Below are positions 61,200-64,000 of a stretch of 64,000 nt of DNA, piece after piece. Under the pieces are notes generated by a model. It saw only the letters and a list, made by a program, of their open reading frames with translations, ran no database searches and had not been told where the DNA came from. Within the stretch, counting starts at the first letter, position 1; every line of letters starts with the position of its first letter. This DNA is from Bigelowiella natans CCMP2755 (lineage: Eukaryota; Protista; Cercozoa), in contig ADNK01000150.1 of the NCBI GenBank assembly GCA_000320545.1, positions 62,001 to 126,000 of the forward strand, written 5' to 3'. The position numbers were made by a program, and so were the translations under genes.

Positions 61200-64000
61200 T
61201 TATCGCTTTCGGAACTTCACCAACCACCAGGTAATAGATTCCTCTCTAACCTTATCTCCTTTGTCGCTTACCCAGAACTCACCTTCGTCCTTAGGTTCGT
61301 GTCCATACCAGCCCTCTGCATCAAGGTCCCCCAGGACCTTATACCAGTGCTCAAAGGGTAAGTCGGGAACAGCTAGGTAGAGTAGCTGATATTTTCCGTC
61401 CTTTATTTTCATAGCTACCCTCTCCATATTTCGTAATCCAGGGTAGCCTAGATAGACAATCTTCATGCGCCAATCGTCGTTCACCCTGACCTTATTGTTT
61501 CCATATTCCACATCGAACTTAGGTCGGGGTCCTAAACAAGGCATGGCTCGCTCCCACACAGTAGGGTTTACTTTAACATCCTCTAGGAGCTTCTCACCGA
61601 TATCATAATTCTTTAGGTGACTGATGTGGCGCAAGGTGACCCTGTTCCCATCATAGATGTAGTACTGCTTCCTCCCCTTCCTCTCGGTAACCTTTGCAAC
61701 GCCACCCCAGAAGGGGTCTTGTTTATTTCTCGATCTCAGATTTACCTTGGCCCTAACATACTGTCCTTCCTTTAGAACTCGGCCATCGTACGGGACCTTC
61801 TCGTCTTCGCTCTCGGTATCGTCGTCGTTGTCGTCGCCTTCTTCCCTCTCCTTATCCTTGATACCTCCCCCAGACGTGAAGGTGTCGTTTACTAACCCTT
61901 GTATCTTGTCTGGTGTGGTGCTATTTATCCTGCTTAGGTTGGCCAAGGTGCGGTGGAGTCGCTCTACCTTGGAGTTGGACTGGGCATAGTATACAGGTGA
62001 GGCATCAATATTAGGGTGTGGTAGCTGTAGAAGAGAGGTCTCATTATCCACATGTAACTTCTTTGGTATCTTGTTTATGCTAACTTCATCAGGGATAGCC
62101 TGGAGCTCAGACTCCCAGGTACGGTAGCAGTTAGTAAGCCTCTGCTTATATAAGCCTTTGTTCTTCTTAGCAACGTTGACCTTGATAATCTTTTTAACCC
62201 AGCACTTTCCAGTGGCCACATCAACGAAGGTAAGGTAGTGATAGCCATCGTACTTATAAACATCAATTTGCACGATATCTAAGAAGTTCCTTGCTTTGAT
62301 TTTCTTAGATGCACGGCTCTTGCTGGACTCCTTGGTGGCGACGCCTGCCGCCTTCAAGCTGGAGCACCTGCAGCCACGCAGGTATGTCCTTATCTCTTTT
62401 AGCTTGTAGGGCCAGTAGTAATGGTAGAGTAGAGCAGTGATATGGTTTTCTCCTACGTGTGCAGGTCCATGGGCGGTAAAGAGAAGGGCTCCCCTGGTCC
62501 GCCGTGGCACGTAGGTACGCCTAACATTATTAGTGTATACATATATCCTATCACTAAGTACCTCATGCTTGTGTTTGTATTTATCCAGGTGTTCTTGAAG
62601 GTGCTGGAGCTCCTCTGGCTCAGGCAGGAAGTCGCCGTCCTCGAAGGTAATCGCGTTAACCATAGGGGTGACCTGGGTAGGGACTTTCTTTTCGAACAGC
62701 CTGCTGAAATAGTCAGCAAGCTGCTTGTCTCCTGGTGCGTAGACCACTGTCCTCTTGTCCCTAAACTCTTCCGTGTCCGCCCTCATAGCTGCATACTCAA
62801 CGTTAGGCGCTTCGAGCTTGCGGTCGATGCCTAGGAGGGGCTTGTGGTCAGTCATTAAGGTGAAGCTGGGCACCGACAGCAGGTAGTATCTTAGTTTCCT
62901 CTGCGCCTCAGTCATGGCTTTATACTCTCCTTTTGTAGGGCTGTATTTGGCCTCAGCTGCTGTACAGGCCCTGCCCCACACCCGTATGATCTGCTGGTCT
63001 TGGGTAAGTACAGCAGCCATACCTAGCTTAGACCAGTCTGTCCATAGGGTAGCTGGTCTAGTAGTGTCTAGCTTAGCATTCAATAGGGTGTTGCTGCATA
63101 ACTTTATTAGGTTATCGAAGTGGGCATCAAGGCCACCCTTGGCCCACACCTTAGCGAAGCTGAGGCCTACAGAGTTCTCCTTCCGGTAAGCAGTAGTAAA
63201 AGCAGCTGCAGTCCTAGCGTAGGTAGGGGAGAACCTACGTAGTATCCAAGCTGCAGTCTGCAAGAATGACTTTAACTCCTTTGCATTCTTAGGTTTAGGG
63301 GCTTGCTGTAGTGCTGCTACTTTCTCGGGGTTTGGGGTGATGCGGCCTTGCTCCAGGTAATATCCACACCACTTGATTCTTGTAGCTAGGAATGTACACT
63401 TCTGCAGTCTAATAGTAAAACCGAAGTGTGCAAACCTAATAAATATATTTTCCAGGAGGAAGATCTGAGCGACGACTGTGTTGGTACATATTATGTCATC
63501 ATCCACATACACAAACACAAACACCCACAACACAGACGCCATCCCATCATGTGTGTATGCCCTGTAGTTCTGACTACTGAACGCATCCCCTGATATGCTT
63601 AGGCCGTAAGGGAATACGACGAAGTGCCACTTCCTGTGCCTGCTGGAGAACGCGGTAATGGGGCGGGAGGTTTTGTGGATGGGTGTCTGCATGTATGATT
63701 CATTTTTATCTAGGGAAGAGTAGTATTTGTATCCTATGACGTGTTCAATAACGTCATCTATCCTTGGTGTAGGTGTCTGGATCCTCTTTATTACTCGGTT
63801 GTGGCGGATGAAGTTGTGCGCCAGGCGGAAGAAAGGGTAAGTAGGTTTCTTAGCTAGCACATGTCTCACGTTCCATGGTGAGTTGCTTGGCTCTATCTTC
63901 CCTTCCTTTGCCCATTCATTGATCTGCCACTCTATCTTTTCCCAGTCCGCTTCCGGTCGCCTATGTTCTGGGTCATTGATGATGCACTCTTCGTATCCCT
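61200..64000 (-). CDS. pol: Gypsy Pol: RT, RNase H, integrase, SH3-like C-terminal segment and extra terminal domain; 5'-partial
   Basis: The frame is open from 63998 to the stop at 61200. RT: EPSNSPW, SSLDKNESY, FPYGL, YVDD. RNase H: TDWSKLG, TDHKPL, ADYFSR. Integrase: QID, VDNE, QSNSKVER. Confidence 0.92.
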   Translation of the reverse strand, partial: GYEECIINDPEHRRPEADWEKIEWQINEWAKEGKIEPSNSPWNVRHVLAKKPTYPFFRLAHNFIRHNRVIKRIQTPTPRIDDVIEHVIGYKYYSSLDKNESYMQTPIHKTSRPITAFSSRHRKWHFVVFPYGLSISGDAFSSQNYRAYTHDGMASVLWVFVFVYVDDDIICTNTVVAQIFLLENIFIRFAHFGFTIRLQKCTFLATRIKWCGYYLEQGRITPNPEKVAALQQAPKPKNAKELKSFLQTAAWILRRFSPTYARTAAAFTTAYRKENSVGLSFAKVWAKGGLDAHFDNLIKLCSNTLLNAKLDTTRPATLWTDWSKLGMAAVLTQDQQIIRVWGRACTAAEAKYSPTKGEYKAMTEAQRKLRYYLLSVPSFTLMTDHKPLLGIDRKLEAPNVEYAAMRADTEEFRDKRTVVYAPGDKQLADYFSRLFEKKVPTQVTPMVNAITFEDGDFLPEPEELQHLQEHLDKYKHKHEVLSDRIYVYTNNVRRTYVPRRTRGALLFTAHGPAHVGENHITALLYHYYWPYKLKEIRTYLRGCRCSSLKAAGVATKESSKSRASKKIKARNFLDIVQIDVYKYDGYHYLTFVDVATGKCWVKKIIKVNVAKKNKGLYKQRLTNCYRTWESELQAIPDEVSINKIPKKLHVDNETSLLQLPHPNIDASPVYYAQSNSKVERLHRTLANLSRINSTTPDKIQGLVNDTFTSGGGIKDKEREEGDDNDDDTESEDEKVPYDGRVLKEGQYVRAKVNLRSRNKQDPFWGGVAKVTERKGRKQYYIYDGNRVTLRHISHLKNYDIGEKLLEDVKVNPTVWERAMPCLGPRPKFDVEYGNNKVRVNDDWRMKIVYLGYPGLRNMERVAMKIKDGKYQLLYLAVPDLPFEHWYKVLGDLDAEGWYGHEPKDEGEFWVSDKGDKVREESITWWLVKFRKR

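Larger units (their letters stand above)
60824..64000 (-). mobile_element. Ty3/Gypsy LTR retrotransposon, 3' half; 5' part lies beyond the window
   Basis: Open pol with RT-RNaseH-integrase order, followed by a polypurine tract and a TG...CA-bounded LTR candidate. Confidence 0.9.

Noticed and set aside
28081-61600. AlkB demethylase plus retroelement MTase-like domain as a writer/eraser system
   Set aside because: They are 32 kb apart with many unrelated genes between; eukaryotic proximity gives no functional link

Overview
This is a eukaryotic nuclear window with many introns and microsatellites. About 17 protein-coding genes can be reconstructed by reading across GT-AG introns, and the 3' half of an intact Ty3/Gypsy LTR retrotransposon sits at the right edge. 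Three genes carry signal-peptide plus transit-like presequences (CysRS, DUF1279/FAM210, YacP-like NYN). This suggests an alga with a secondary plastid, with a chlorarachniophyte-like style (inference, not proven). Genes in order: MAP2K (+, 5'-partial), Clu-domain/Sel1-repeat protein (-), organellar CysRS (+), SMI1/KNR4 (SUKH) protein (+), fascin-like protein (+), membrane/PH-like protein (-), DUF1279 (+), SLAC1/TDT channel (-), AlkB-like dioxygenase (+), CWF19L1-like phosphoesterase with a RanBP2 finger (-), NYN nuclease (+), GRIP golgin (-), CCCH coiled-coil protein (+), GT2 synthase-like protein (+), SnoaL-dienelactone hydrolase fusion (-), repeat-expanded C2H2 protein (+), hypothetical protein (-). 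Most notable observations: (1) the Gypsy Pol ends in a degenerate Dam/N6-adenine-methyltransferase-like domain and has a shortened D(27)E integrase; (2) CTAG/CATG-rich non-coding islands fill every convergent (tail-to-tail) spacer; (3) a bacterial-type toxin-immunity SUKH gene has four introns and a basic NLS-like tail; (4) several unusual domain fusions. No tRNA, rRNA or CRISPR array was seen. All family calls are from motif recognition by eye; no database search was run.
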